NCBI RefSeq assembly: GCF_001194135.2 | Contig: NC_068982.1 | Location: 21,457,760-21,521,759 of the forward strand | Length of the DNA: 64,000 nt | Source of the DNA: Octopus bimaculoides | Lineage: Eukaryota | Direction: 5' to 3' | Shown: one piece after another, positions 12,821 through 27,710 of the stretch | How the letters are laid out: the number at the start of each line of letters is the position of its first letter | Position numbering within the stretch: the first letter of the stretch is position 1 | Program-made: the position numbers and the translations under genes | Notes under the pieces: model-generated | The model's input: the letters and a program-made list of their open reading frames with translations, nothing else | What the model was told of the DNA's origin: nothing | Database searches by the model: none

Positions 12821-14390
12821 AAATTAAAATAATATTATAAGGTGTAGAGCTAGTCATGGTGATTAGGATCATGTTACTGCTTTTATAGAGGCTGATATTT
12901 TTTTGAAATATATTTTTTCATTTTTATTTCTGATGATGTTGTTGCTACATCAGTTCTGTTTTTATTATTGTTGTTTCTCGCTCTTGGTGTAATTGTTGAT
13001 CATTTTCTTGTTAATGTTGACTTTAATGATATTGATAGTAGTCGTTTCTGTCTGTGTTATATGACTTTCGTTGTTGTTCTTATTTTCGCTGGTGTCTTTA
13101 ATATTTTGCGCAGCAGTCTCCCGGTTTATTACAGGTTATTAACTAACGCACAATGCTCAACTATTCTTTGATATATCCTTTGGCTTAATGCGGGATTTCT
13201 TTTACAGAAATTTCTTAATGGGATATATAGTTTCGATGCTACAATTGATACGACTAGATGCTATTGAGCTAGCCGTATAACTAATGCATTTCCTCAATCT
13301 ATCTCTGTATCACTCAAATGGATTTAATTTATACCATTATCATTTCAAATAATTCGACTTTCTTCCAACAGCCTTTGGCTCATTTTTCAAACTATTTCCA
13401 CTATCTGCAGAATAAGAGTGATAGCTGACTTTTTTACTACAACACTGCAATGCTCATGTATCTTGTATGTTCGAAACACAAAGTTATCATAACAGATATA
13501 GTCCATGAACTTTTAACAAAGATCCATAGATTCAAAACAATGGCTAAAACATATTCTCTCTTGTGTATATATATATTCCTGTTTGCTGTCAAGTTGACGA
13601 ATGAACCCCGTGACTTCTGTAACAAGTAAAGATGACATGTCATAAAAGAAAACAAAAATGCGTGAGAGAGTCGAATATGCTTTTTTTCACTGCATTCCTA
13701 AAGAAAAGCCTTTTGTTTTCCTTTTTTAAATTCACCATCTCTGTATCTAGTTTTGACAGAATGAGTAACATAACAACATCAGCACTTGAACAGTATCTGA
13801 TGCATTAGTATAAACGAAGTTGAGGGAAAAACAACCATCGGTTGGTTTTCATCTGACGAGAGTCCAGTCCATGCTTTATGATAATGTAAAACATTGACGT
13901 TGTATGATATTATTGTATCGTTTTTGTATTCATTTTACTTAATAAACTTTTATTAAATATTAATTATGTATGGCGATAATAACATCTATCAGTGACGAAA
14001 GACATTTTGTTAGTATTTTGGGGAAGAGAGGTAGGGCGATTTTAAGTCTATGCAAGATTATTTATATTTATAAAATACTTCGGTATTCATCAAATTTGAC
14101 CGAGTAGTGCACTAAGAATTTTCTACACTTTTACGAATTAAGTGATTTCAATCATTGCATCCAGGTTATTCCCAATTTTAGTTGGTCGTATTAGCCGCAG
14201 CACATAATTCAGTTTTGTGCTCATTTTTATAATTCAGCTATTCGCAAAAGCACTGAGTTAGGGGCTGTAAAGTAACAAAAAGTTCGCACTCATACATACA
14301 CATGTGCTCAATAATTGATATATGTGAGCGCGCGCGTTGCATGTAGGGAAACCTGTTGTATACACACAAGCGCGCGCGCATACATACACA

Positions 14391-14431
<41 letters not shown>

Positions 14432-14447
14432 ATATATATATGTATAT

Positions 14448-14822
14448 AGGCGCAGGAATGGCTGTGTGGTAAGTAGTTTGCCTACCAACCACATGGTACC
14501 AAGTTCAGTCCCACTACATGGCATCTTGTAAAAGTGACTTCTACTATAGCCTCGGACTGACCAAAACCTTGTCAGTGGGTTTGGTAGACGGAAACTGGAA
14601 GAAACCAGTCGTGTGTGTGTATATGTTTGCGTTTGTAAACCCACCCGCCTACCATCGCTTGACAACCGATGCTTTTGTGTTTACCTCCCCGTATCTTAGC
14701 GGTTCGGCAAAAGATACCGAGAGAATATGTACTAGGCATACAACGAATAAGTCTTGGGATCGATTTTCTCGACTAAAGTTAGTGCTCCAGCATAGCCGCA
14801 ATAACTGAAACAAATAAAAGAA
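14448..14822 (+). mobile_element. Family A SINE, full length
   Basis: AGGCGCAGGAATGGCTGTGTGGTAAG head with A/B-box-like motifs, central domain, short internal (TG) tract, tail ACTGAAACAAATAAAAG. Confidence 0.92.
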
Positions 14823-16036
14823 TATATATATATATATANNNNNNNNNNNNNNNNNNNNNNNNNNNNNNNNNNNNNNNNNNNNNNNNNNNNNNNNNNNNNN
14901 NNNNNNNNNNNNNNNNNNNNNNNNNNNNNNNNNNNNNNNNNNNNNNNNNNNNNNNNNNNNNNATATATATATTTACTCAATATGTTTGTTAGAGTACAAA
15001 CTTATTTTCCTTTAACACGAATAGTATTGACAGAAAAGTTGAAGACAGGCCAACATCTTGGCTGTGTATTGTCTCTGTAACAATGTTCTAGGGTTACCAG
15101 AATTCTGCTGAATGATATTTATGCCGTATGTTAGGTTGTCGTGGTAAGATGGTACGAACAATTTTTATTGATTAAATTTGCGGAAATACTACTGGTTATA
15201 TTTTGTTCATGCATATATAGCTCTGTATGCTTATGCGTCTCATCTTCAGGTCAAAGTGTTTCACAAAAGCATGTAGCAATGTCTTAAGTCAGCAGATCTG
15301 TCAGATGGTTCAGTTATTGTTGCTTATATATAGATATTAACAGGATACCTTTTGCTTTGAGAACGTCCCGCGTTTCAACCGCAATCTATGTGTGGTTTTT
15401 GTATTTTAGCCTTGAGGAATTTGGTACTGAATGAATGACAAACGAATGTGAGTGGTGAGGCTGATTTGATTGGCACGTTAGTATTATTTCAGGTTTTTTT
15501 TAATATATATATATTGAGACAGTGTCAACAATTTAGTATTTCACAGTGATATTAGTATGGAGAAATTGCTCAACAAATTTTTTAATGTTCACAAAAGTAC
15601 GCAGGAAGATTTCGTGGTTGTTGGTCAGCATAAGTGTCTGTAGTGGAACATCATTCAACAAAAACTTTTGGTTGCGATCTATAGCGCTTAAAGTATGTGT
15701 TAAAGGAGATAAAATTTGTAAATTGTTTTTAATAGATATTTCTATATTCGGTATAAGACATGGGAAGATTTTATACGTAATTCGTATTTATTAAAAAGTG
15801 TGAAATGCGTGCATTATAAAGAGTACGAAGGGAATTCTAAACTAGGTTATTTTCCTTATTTTCCTTGTATAGATACATTTGGGTGTGGTTTTTAGGTGTG
15901 AGGACTTGTTTCAGAAAATTATATGGAACCATATTTCAAAATGTGGGGACTTGTAGTTAATTTCGTCTTGATTTGCTTAGTGTATTAGTTTTTAATCTGT
16001 GTTACTATGAGGGTATACATGTATGCTTATATATAC

Positions 16037-16240
<204 letters not shown>

Positions 16241-17119
16241 AAAAGAGATAGGGGAGAGAAGGAGATGAAACAGATTCCCATACAGTTTTTTTATATTCCG
16301 TATAGCAAATTCTGGTCTTGGGCGATAGTAAAAAACAGTTACCCAAGAATCGAAACAAGAAGGACATGGTTGCCAATTAAAATTGTCACCCCCTCGGTTA
16401 TTGCTACGACAAAACCTAAGTGTTTCATGCGAATATAAATTCTGGAGATTAGATTATCATTTAATTCTATCACGGTTTTGTATTTTCCGTAGATAACAAT
16501 CAAACAGCAAATAATCATGAATAGAGTGGCACTTTTCTGTTGTTATTTTAAAAAAAAAGTTTTCAATGCTATTTCATAAGATAATTTACGTTTGTATAAA
16601 AGCATATATGAAGATTCTATAACTTCCTATTGCACATTGATATGGTTTGGAATTAGTATATTCTTTTGGAAAAAGGAATGAACAGTTTTGCTAATATTGT
16701 TGACAGAAAGTTTTCCATTATATGTTTTATTCGTATTTATACTTATTTTTTATGTTGCTGTCGTAGTTTTTGATAATGCAGCTGTTGTTCTGCTTCTTCT
16801 GAACACACTATGGAGGTGAAAGTTTGCTGTGGCAGTGATATGGAGTTTTTTGTTTTTCTTGCAATCTTCATGTAACAAATTCCGACAAAAAAATTGAAGG
16901 AGTGAGAGAGAGAGAGAGCAAGACAATAAGTGAAAGAGAGAGGAAAATCCGATTCTAGTATCTGACTGGTATACTATTTACCGACTCCGAATTGATAAAT
17001 GTCAAATTGGGTCTCGGATACTGCTGCATAGCATTGTACCTGATAATTGGGACAAATTGCATGCTTATTTATTAAATAAAGATATATTCTTTCATGCATA
17101 AACAGAATCCTTATGTCTG

Positions 17120-17280
17120 AATGAAGGAGAATAGTCTATCCCAGTAAAATACGAATTTATTCAATCTGGAGTGGTAAAATACAAAACTGACCTCGGCAGG
17201 ATTTGAACTCAAAACGTAATAAACATCAAGAAATGGCGCAAATTAATTTATTCGACGGTCTAACGATTTTTCCAGCCTAC
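17120..17280 (-). mobile_element. Diverged family B SINE
   Basis: Contains CTGACCTCGGCAGGATTTGAACTCAAAACG, matching the B-box region of the copy at 33773-34004. Confidence 0.6.
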
Positions 17281-17418
17281 AACTCGACTCGTCTCCCTTG
17301 ACCAGTATTTAGTCCATCAAACTCTTAACTGTTACTTATATCTCGATTCATTAACACGAATGTAACAAGCGGCGATCCAGTTGAAGATCTTATTTTGTAC
17401 ACTAGTATGGAAATCCTA

Positions 17419-17685
17419 TATAGTTGCTTGGTTTGGGTAATTTAGGCTTCTTGCGTGTATATTTATTCATTGTTCGGTTAGGTTCGGATGTTTTCTGTTG
17501 ATTAGTTCGAGATCAACTCTTCTTGCTCACACCTATGATAAAAAGTAGATCCAGGCACGAACAAACATACCACGCTCTGCATAGATCTGTATTCCAATGT
17601 GTTCCTACTTTCAAGACATTACACTGTAATTTCGGTGAGGAACTAACTCTACTATTTCTAGTAAATTTCCAGCAGCCCTGTCGAA
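17419..17685. repeat. 267-bp direct repeat, copy 1
   Basis: 265/267 identical to 23271-23537 by manual comparison. Confidence 0.95.
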
Positions 17686-20036
17686 ACGTACATCAGAATG
17701 GAGAATTCATAGATGGTATCTAATCATGAATCAGTCGTTGTATGCCAGTTGTTTTTACTGGCGGTGTGTATTTCTGTATGGATTGGGAGTGGGGTCTAAT
17801 GAAGTTATCGATATTGCCTCCATACATGGCGTCATCATCCAGTTATTAGACAATTCTAATTTTTTAAGTTTTTAGTTTTTATAACTTTAGTTCTATATAT
17901 GTTAAAAAGAACGTTTAGACGCCTTTTTCATTTATTTAATCGTTCTCAATCAAAATCATTTATTAATTATAATTATTTATTAATTTTTCAAAAGATTTAT
18001 AATTACTTCAACTTTATTTTATGGACACATGTAAAGACTAATGTTTACTCAACCAAATATTATTTTAATGTGGCACACGCGCTTTGGACAACTAAAGATA
18101 TTCAGGGCATAATAGAAAATCAACAACAAATCGTATTTCCAGCACATCAGAATTATATCACAGTTTGTGTACGTAAAACAGCCCCAAAATAAATTTATTT
18201 TAAAATGCCATATATTATGACAAATTATTTTGTTTATTCAAGGATTACTTCTGCCATAGAGAGAAACGAACTTATGCGACGCTAAAATTAAACAACTCCT
18301 TTATAATGACTCTGCACTGAATGCATGTGACAAGGAGGAGAGGGCGTTAGAATGGACAACAGTAGTGTTTAGGGATAAAGAATTTCGTTTCGCATTGTCT
18401 TGTATGTTTCTCATTGTATTAAATCTTGTGCTTTTTTTGCCTCGTTTTTGAGTAGATTTTATTGTGAATGAAATCAGTTTTGTGAAAATATCGGAAGACA
18501 TTTCTGTAGATTGTAGACTTCAATCGATCACTTCTGGCCGTGTATCTGCCCATGTATGTCCAGATTTATGCATTTATTTTAGAAAGTTGCTGGTTGCTCG
18601 TGAATGCAGGACACCTTTTTCCAACCTACCGAGGTTTATCTAATTTAAATACCATTAGCTTCGCCTGGCACACTTTTCGCCAGCGTCTGAGGGGTCGTTG
18701 CAGGAGAGACTTAAAGAGCCAGACCCGATACTGCAATGTGTCTTGACCAACTTTTTCTTTGTTCTACCATTCGTCCGCCCCAGATTGATGTACTTTTTCA
18801 GTTGCGAAATGATGTAAAGCAAAGTTGACCACGTTAGGATTGAACTCATAGTGCAGAGAATTGGAACGAATCTAGCTAAGCATTCTACTGAACACTAAAT
18901 GTCTCTTCGAATATGAACTGGAATGCATTTTACTTACAATGCAAAAGGCAAATGTTGTTACATATTGTATTACACTATTTTGGCCGGAAAAATTTAATAA
19001 GGTTCTTGAGAAATACCAGCCATTTAAAATTAATTTAATGCGCGTGTCGCCTAGAATCAGTGAACAAGGAAGCGTACATTATCAAAAATGGCAAAGCACC
19101 CAGCATCTTTTATGTCTTGTTTTATTTAATCGTCTTGACGTCCTTCATTAGCCACCATATTTTTATACACTGCTATGAAAAACCATATTCCGTTTGGGAC
19201 TATACCACTTCTTATTGATAATTTAAATAATTTCGACTCTATTATCCTGAAAGTAATTGTCTTCTAAAAAGGTAGAATTTAATTTGAGGGAGATTTGGTT
19301 ATTATTTCTCTATACCCATGTATGTACCCATGTATATTCACCACAAAGTCTCCTTGTTAACTCCAGTAGATGCGTTAAAATGATTGTAGAACATCGTAAA
19401 ATTGTTATTTATAACCTCCGAAAAGTTCTGAAAGAGCAGGCTTGCTGTCTATGATATTCCAGTTGTGACAGTCTCGTATTTTGTAAACATTATATAATGA
19501 GGACTCTCTTTCTAATATGTTCTATCTTTTAATGTTATGCTTAACAATCTCTCGCACATTTTAACACAGTTCTATGTGATCCTTTAGAAACCGTCCGTTT
19601 CGAGTCAACTGTTCGATCCAGATATCTGGTATGAGAAAAGGTTCTCTCACTAGTTCATGGAGTTGTTTCAAAATGACATTCATGGAATTTGTCCTTCAAA
19701 CATCAAATAAGCCATAAAGATAACGGCCAGGAAACAGTCATTCAGAACGTTTTGCTTATTGTTTCGCTGTTTATTTGGCTGCCAGGGAGAATTCAGTAGT
19801 CAGTTATTGAACGGTAAAGAAGGAAGAAGAACCCGTGATTGGTGTCGCGGCACCGAACTAATTCAATTATCTAGATTAATTAACACAATTATCTAGATTT
19901 ATTACTTAGCCCTAGTACTCAATATTTGCACACAACGAGTAGCTTTAAAAAGTGAAATTTAAGATATTAAAAAGTTCGTATTAATATATGCATAGAAAAA
20001 TATTCATAATTTTGCCAAGTACATGTACGATTAATA

Positions 20037-20270
20037 GGAGAACGGTGTGGCTGTGTGGTAAGAAGATTCTCTACCAACCATATAGCTCTGGGTTCATTCA
20101 CCTTGCGTGATACTTTGGCCATGCCTCTTCTATTATAGCCTCGGACCAACCACAGTCCTGTCAGCAGATTTAGTTGACGGAGACAGAAGGGGGACCGTTT
20201 CATATGAGTGTGTGTCTGTTCCCCACCACCGCCTGGCAATTGAGTTTGTGTATTTCGCTGTGTGTACTGA
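20037..20270 (+). mobile_element. Family A SINE, 5' half, diverged
   Basis: Head GTGGCTGTGTGGTAAGAAG...CTTCTATTATAGCCTCGGACCAACC. Confidence 0.8.
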
Positions 20271-20317
20271 TTTCATCTTATATTGGTTTCATATTTTGTC
20301 ACAAAGCCAGCAATTAC

Positions 20318-20487
20318 GGGGAAGGTGGTAAGTTGATTATATCGACACCTGTATTCACATAGTACTTGTTTTATCGAAGTATGAGTGGCGAAGTCGACCT
20401 AGGCGGAATTTGAACAGAGAACACAGACAGAAGAAATGCCACTAAATATTCTACCAAACACGCTAACTATTCTGCCTAATCACCGGC
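20318..20487 (-). mobile_element. Family B SINE, diverged
   Basis: GGCGAAGTCGACCTAGGCGGAATTTGAAC and GTTGATTATATCGAC match the family B copies. Confidence 0.75.
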
Positions 20488-20834
20488 ATAGCTGATCTTA
20501 TAATAATTACTTGTCACATACATAATATCTGGCTAGGATACAGACATAATGCGGTGCTCTGGATTGGCTAGAATTAACAGCAAAATGTTAATATATACAA
20601 CCATTAACAACATAACAATGATAAAATTGTCCAAAGCAGATCTTTGATCACAGATCTTTTTAATCAGGCTGACGCAGCTAAAGAACGACAGCAACAAAAA
20701 AATTTTCTTTCCTTTAACTGAGATGAAAAACGAAAGGAAGATGGCCGTTATCCCGACGGTCGATATATGTAAATTAACAAAATTATTTTTCAACAGAGAA
20801 AAGAAACAATTCTTATAGCTGTCTTTAAGACATT

Positions 20835-20867
<33 letters not shown>

Positions 20868-21450
20868 CATGCTTGTATGTATTCACTTCAATAGAGATGG
20901 ACAGACTGTTGGTAATGTATGTATGNNNNNNNNNNNNNNNNNNNNNNNNNNNNNNNNNNNNNNNNNNNNNNNNNNNNNNNNNNNNNNNNNNNNNNNNNNN
21001 NNNNNNNNNNNNNNNNNNNNNNNNNNNNNNNNNNNNNNNNNNNNNNNNNNNNNNNNNNNNNNNNNNNNNNNNNNNNNNNNNNNNNNNNNNNNNNNNNNNN
21101 NNNNNNNNNNNNNNNNNNNNNNNNNNNNNNNNNNNNNNNNNNNNNNNNNNNNNNNNNNNNNNNNNNNNNNNNNNNNNNNNNNNNNNNNNNNNNNNNNNNN
21201 NNNNNNNNNNNNNNNNNNNNNNNNNNNNNNNNNNNNNNNNNNNNNNNNNNNNNNNNNNNNNNNNNNNNNNNNNNNNNNNNNNNNNNNNNNNNNNNNNNNN
21301 NNNNNNNNNNNNNNNNNNNNNNNNNNNNNNNNNNNNNNNNNNNNNNNNNNNNNNNNNNNNNNNNNNNNNNNNNNNNNNNNNNNNNNNNNNNNNNNNNNNN
21401 NNNNNNNNNNNNNNNNNNNNNNNNNNNNNNNNNNNNNNNNNNNNNNNNNN

Positions 21451-21492
<42 letters not shown>

Positions 21493-21504
21493 ATGTGTGT
21501 GTGT

Positions 21505-21541
<37 letters not shown>

Positions 21542-21661
21542 TGTCTCTCTCTCTCTGTGTATGTGTGTATGTCACTGTCTGTATAACTATATTTGTATAG
21601 TTATGTATATATGCATGCATATATGTACACACATGCATATATACATACATATATACACACC

Positions 21662-21693
<32 letters not shown>

Positions 21694-21780
21694 TATACAT
21701 ATATACACACTTATATGTATACATATATACATGCACATAGATATACATACAGATATACATATATGTATATATATACATAC

Positions 21781-21812
<32 letters not shown>

Positions 21813-23270
21813 GCATACATATATATGCATATACCTATACCTATACATACATTTATATATACATATATATACATACATACATACATAGATACATCTGTAT
21901 ACATATGCATACATACATATACATACATATATATACATCCATACATATATATTTCTGTGTTTTTTCTTGCAAAATATATGTTCAATGCAACAATATTAGT
22001 TTAGCTAACGGCGTCCCATTTTTACATTTTTTTTGTTCTTTAATGCACACGCTCACAGAATACACACACATACATAATACATGAAATATTCGAACATACC
22101 TACACACAGACAAAGCAAGTATTTTTACGAGAGTATACACATCACTACCAATCTGTACGTGTGTGTGTGTATTATTTTCATTTCAGCGAGCAGAGACTGA
22201 AAATAGTTATATATTATTTTTTATCGTATTTATATATTTAATCATTCACTCCCCCACACCGCATCTTCTTGTGTGTTTTTTTTTTATCAGAATTTACAGT
22301 CTATATGTTTTAGCATAGAGTACTTTTTTTCCCCTTTTTTGTTCATTCTTTGTCTATGCAATTAATTATTTTCTCGCTCCATTTCTTGTCTTTGTCATAA
22401 ACATTTCTCTATTATATTTGTGGTCGATGCACAAGTTGTCCCAGGTTGTTCTTGAGTAGCTGTTTTTCCCTTTTTTATCTTCTCTTCTTTTACATATTGA
22501 TTTCTGTAGACTAGTCACAAGGGATAGGAATGCTATTGTGTCACGTCCCACCTTTCTTTACTAGTGTTAGTAGCGAATGTAAAGAACAAACAATTTCAAA
22601 CTGAAAAGCTTAAACTGCATTTTTTTTCTAATTTAGGCACATAGCCAAACATTCTTAGAAATGTTGAAAGAAATAACAGAAAAATATGAAACAGTTGTCT
22701 TCCACTTGGTATCGAAACAAGTTTTCTGACTCATTTCTAAGGCTTAAGTGATTGAAACAGTCTAATTCCAAATGAAAAGAGTTTATTATAAGTATATATT
22801 GACGAAAACATAAATTTTGGGGGAATTAGTTATGTCAATTGTCTCGATCACTTCTTTAACAATATCTTGCACTTTAAATGTAAAGCAAGAGAGATTTACA
22901 TTCCTCACTTCTCAACACAAACACCGAATTTCTTAATTATTTCAACCCTTAGCAAAGTCTCCCTCTTTGTATCTCCGTAAATTATGTTTAGGCTATGTGT
23001 TATTATATATTTGTGACTGCCTTTCAGTCTGGATTTATATATAACACAGAAAAATAACAATGAAAACAGAGAAATAAGAAACGAAAATGTATTTTAATAA
23101 TGATATGGTTGAACCATTGCGCATAAATTCCAACAAATACGTTTGCTTCATGACTTAGGACATAGACAGTAGATATATAGTTGCTTTTTGGAACGTGAAC
23201 TGGAATTTTGAAGTTGAAAGACTAGAAACACCCCTCATTTATATATATATATACATTAATCATATGCATG

Positions 23271-23537
23271 TATAGTTGCTTGGTTTGGGTAATTTAAGCT
23301 TCTTGCGTGTATATTTATTCATTGTTCGGTTAGGTTCGGATGTTTTCTGTTGATTACTTCGAGATCAACTCTTCTTGCTCACACCTATGATAAAAAGTAG
23401 ATCCAGGCACGAACAAACATACCACGCTCTGCATAGATCTGTATTCCAATGTGTTCCTACTTTCAAGACATTACACTGTAATTTCGGTGAGGAACTAACT
23501 CTACTATTTCTAGTAAATTTCCAGCAGCCCTGTCGAA
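23271..23537. repeat. 267-bp direct repeat, copy 2, embedded in TA/CATATG-rich microsatellite
   Basis: 265/267 identical to 17419-17685; both flanks are TA-rich simple sequence. Confidence 0.95.
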
Positions 23538-24381
23538 TATGTATGCATATGTATGCATATGTGTATATATTCATCAATGTTAAAATATATACGCGTATAC
23601 ACACACATATATAAATTACCATTTTTATGTATTGGAATATGCGTTCTAAATTTTAGACATTAAACAAAAAAACAGCTATATTCGACGTTAATCGTTTTAT
23701 AAGTATTTTGTCCTTTGTTGCAAGTAATAAATTTCCGTATGTTCCATCTAATCTATTTAGAGAATATTTTATATTTTTGAAGACTTTCACATCAGAAATA
23801 AAACATTAGATTCCCACCTTATCAAATGCGATTTGCATTTGGCTGAAGACGTGTAAATCAAATGACATCAACATGCATCTTACAACATCCATTAAATCCT
23901 GGCGGTAAATCAAACGTAATTAAAATTCACCTAGTATAGAAGAAGTTATACTAAAACCAACAATATTTAAGATACAGAAATAAATTTATTTCTCAAACGC
24001 GCTACAATCATCAACACACCATGACCCGATAAGCTTCATGCGATTCTTGGAAGTGTAGTCTATTCTTAGTTATAAGAGCGACAACATGAACTTCTTCCAT
24101 TTTCTTGCTCCGTTAAATATTTGTGAACAATTATATTAATGTGCCCGACTGGTTAACATTCTATGTATTTATTTCTGCAGCTGCAGATGACATTGCATTT
24201 AAATTGATGTAATGATTGCATTGTTCAGTTAAATGGTAGCGCTTGAAACGGTTGTACTGCATCATTACTTGATATCCTGTTGCTTATTTTGATTATACAC
24301 ACACACACACAGACACACACACACACACACACACACTTTATTAATAAAGCTGCAAAAGCATCACAAAAACTGTTACTCAGA

Positions 24382-24842
24382 GTTTCACGTTCCCAATCGT
24401 AGGACAGTTTTGGTTGAGAATGGAACAAGAAATAGGGTAATATGTCTAAATATACACATACAATTACATTGATAAATACACATTTGAATTTAGTTTTGTT
24501 TCATTGGTCCTTTCAACTAACAGTCTTTTCAATAACCGGATATATGAAATGAAAATTAAAATTACGATTTAAAATAATATTTTTTTTAAATCGAAGATAA
24601 CCTTAAATCAAAAATTACCTTCAGTAAAAGGGAAAAAAAGCTTTTATACCAAGGGTAAATTAATTAATGGTAAAATAAATTTAAATTTACGCTCGTTTAT
24701 GATAAAAATATTCACTTAGAAGAACTAAGATCATAGAAATACATTTGCTTATACATACACATACCAAAAACACACTATGCATACATACACTAAACATAGA
24801 AGCGTTGGTAAATGCCTACATAGATAGACAAACAAATACAAG

Positions 24843-24885
<43 letters not shown>

Positions 24886-25261
24886 GCTGTATGTATATCA
24901 AAGTACATGTAAATACACACTTACTGGCTCATCCTGCGAATTCCGAATTCTACAACTTACATGTTGCAAGCAAGAATAAGCAAAAGTAGAATAAAGAAAA
25001 ACAGAAAATCAGAAAATAATACGTGATAGGAGAAAGAGATGGAAAGAAAAAAGAAAGAGAAAAAGAAGAAAGCTTAGTATTTAAGCTTTTCTTCGATTCT
25101 AAATATGATTTGAAATCGTAATTTTCATTTCATATATGCAATTATTAGAAAGGCCGTTATTTGAAAGGACCAATCAAACAAAACAAACTGCATATGTGTA
25201 TCTATCAATGTGATGTGTTCCATTCTCAACCGAAACTGTCCGATGGGCGGTAACGTGAAAC
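24382..25261. repeat. Inverted pair of a ~46-bp repeat (24382-24427 and 25216-25261)
   Basis: GTTTCACGTTCCCAATCGTAGGACAGTTTTGGTTGAGAATGGAACA versus TGTTCCATTCTCAACCGAAACTGTCCGATGGGCGGTAACGTGAAAC; reverse-complementary with several mismatches. Confidence 0.7.
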
Positions 25262-25332
25262 AAGCTTAGTGTCTCTCGGTCTGCACTCCTGTTTCTCCGT
25301 AGGTTTCTATTTACATGAATACACACACAGCA

Positions 25333-25640
<308 letters not shown>

Positions 25641-26669
25641 ATACATAGCTGAGTGTATAGGTACTTACACACACATATCACACACACACACACACACACA
25701 CACTCCCACACGCATATACTTTCTTGTCGCTCTATCACTCACAGACATACGCATGCAAAATCCTTCTTAAAACCAGTTTCCTTTTGTCATGTTCACCTTA
25801 ATTAACTATCTTATTTAATACCAAATTCCATTGTACACTTATCTCTAGTTCGCTCCTACACTACATACATTTTCTCTTCTATTCTGTGTCACACTTTCCG
25901 TCTTTCTTTAGCTTTAGTATTCGACTTATTTTCTCCCTATCTCTTCCTTCTGTCAGTTACTCTCGTTCGCTTTTGTCTCCTCTCATTTCCTTGGCGTTTT
26001 AGTTATTCTACCCAACTCCTCCCCTCACTCACTCTTAATCCTCTTTCTCATTGATATATTCTAATGTACTGTTCATTATATTCAATGTTGAAGAATAAAT
26101 GAATCGTCAAATGCATTCAGTACACGCTGATATGGACTTTGCCTTTCAGCTATCTTAGCGGCGTTGAAACAAGTCGGAATCACGTAGTTCAGATGAGATC
26201 GATATTGTTCGAATATATCCCTCTCTGATCCCAAAATATATGACCCTATGCCTATAGCAGAATCAGTGCAACGTCATAGAAAATAAGCTGCCATATTTTG
26301 CTTGTTGCTTTTATATTTGGAGTTCAAATTCCGCCGATTTCAAATTTGTATTTTGTCCATGTTGTGTCAAGAAAAATATAACCACAACTCATGCTAATTG
26401 TTAGAAATGAATAATTAAAGTAAACATTGTTAGATTGGTGGAATCAAGAGATTGATATATCACAAGTCTTAAAATATTTATTTGTGTTCCTGAGAATTCT
26501 ACATTCAAATCACAGCAAGAAAATTCTATTTTCATCGTTCCAGAGACATTGAAAATGCAAAAACTATTGTTGCTACATTTTTAACTCCAGCTAAATATTC
26601 ATCGAACAGATGTATGATAAGAAACATTCCAATCGTAACCATCCAATTTTTAGATATATATATGTGTGG

Positions 26670-26700
<31 letters not shown>

Positions 26701-26720
26701 TGTGTATGTATGTATGTGTA

Positions 26721-26763
<43 letters not shown>

Positions 26764-27626
26764 ACGTAAACTAGAGCCGGATTTTTTTATGTCTTTCTTT
26801 AACGACATTTACAATGTCATTCGATGGCTGCTTGATTGTCATCTTTAGTAGGTTAAGCGATCTCTTGAAGATACTTATTACCTGGAAGAAGCACGAGTCA
26901 TGTATAGGGTTCCAATCTCGCTACTGTTTATGAAAATGCTTATTTTGGTATGGTACACACGGTAAATTGCTGATACATGTATTCCCATATTTTAATAAGA
27001 AATTTAAGCTCAAATAAGAAGAATGCACGAGAGAAAAATGATAGATTTACAAAGATATAGCGAAACATGTGGCTTATCACTTAAAACTGTAACCTCCAAA
27101 TATTTTCGGATGATAAGGATTAACAATCGCTGGAATACCGATTACAAAACTTCGCGTTCTTTTCTTACTAATTTCACACTCTAACATGCATTTATCCCAA
27201 GATCAACAGAGATTGTCCTTCTTTCGTAATTATTAAATTAAGCACCACTTGCTTCTTAATAGCATGCATGTAATCAATTTTCGTTCTTCTCCAAAATCCA
27301 TGTTCTTGTGCGTCTACAAGAAATCATTATTACAAGGAGTAAAACTAAAATTGCACTATAAGTAACAAAAGCTTGAAAGAAAACAACTGTATTATACATT
27401 TGCGGTTTGTTTTTCTTTTTCTTTTTACTTTCTAATGTCACAGTACGTCCAGCTTCACTTCGCCTCTCAACCCTTAGGGTTTAATTAATAAGAAGGAGTA
27501 AGTAGATTGTTGTAACTGATTTTATTATTAGAAATCAATATTCTGCCCCTTATTCCGACTGATATATCAACTCCCTATCACCCTCTACACTTTCTCAAAA
27601 CATATGCATACACACACACGCGCACG

Positions 27627-27710
<84 letters not shown>

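Noticed and set aside
13437-13655. Minus ORF ending SVMITLCFEHTRYMSIA, superficially like GPCR TM3
   Set aside because: No DRY/ERY motif, an immediate stop, and no other TM segments or convincing splice sites.
18243-18450. Plus-strand peptides ITSAIERNE and EWTTVVFRDKEFRFALSCMFLIVLNLVLFL, reminiscent of a nicotinic/Cys-loop receptor M4 region
   Set aside because: The two pieces are in different frames separated by stops, the diagnostic A..DR motif is absent, T-rich DNA yields hydrophobic peptides by chance, and I found no Cys-loop or M1-M3 exon. A TBLASTN/HMM search would settle it.
26852-26947. 96-nt AG...GT-bounded open segment (VKRSLEDTYYLEEAR...)
   Set aside because: Such segments are expected by chance in 64 kb; no homology recognised.
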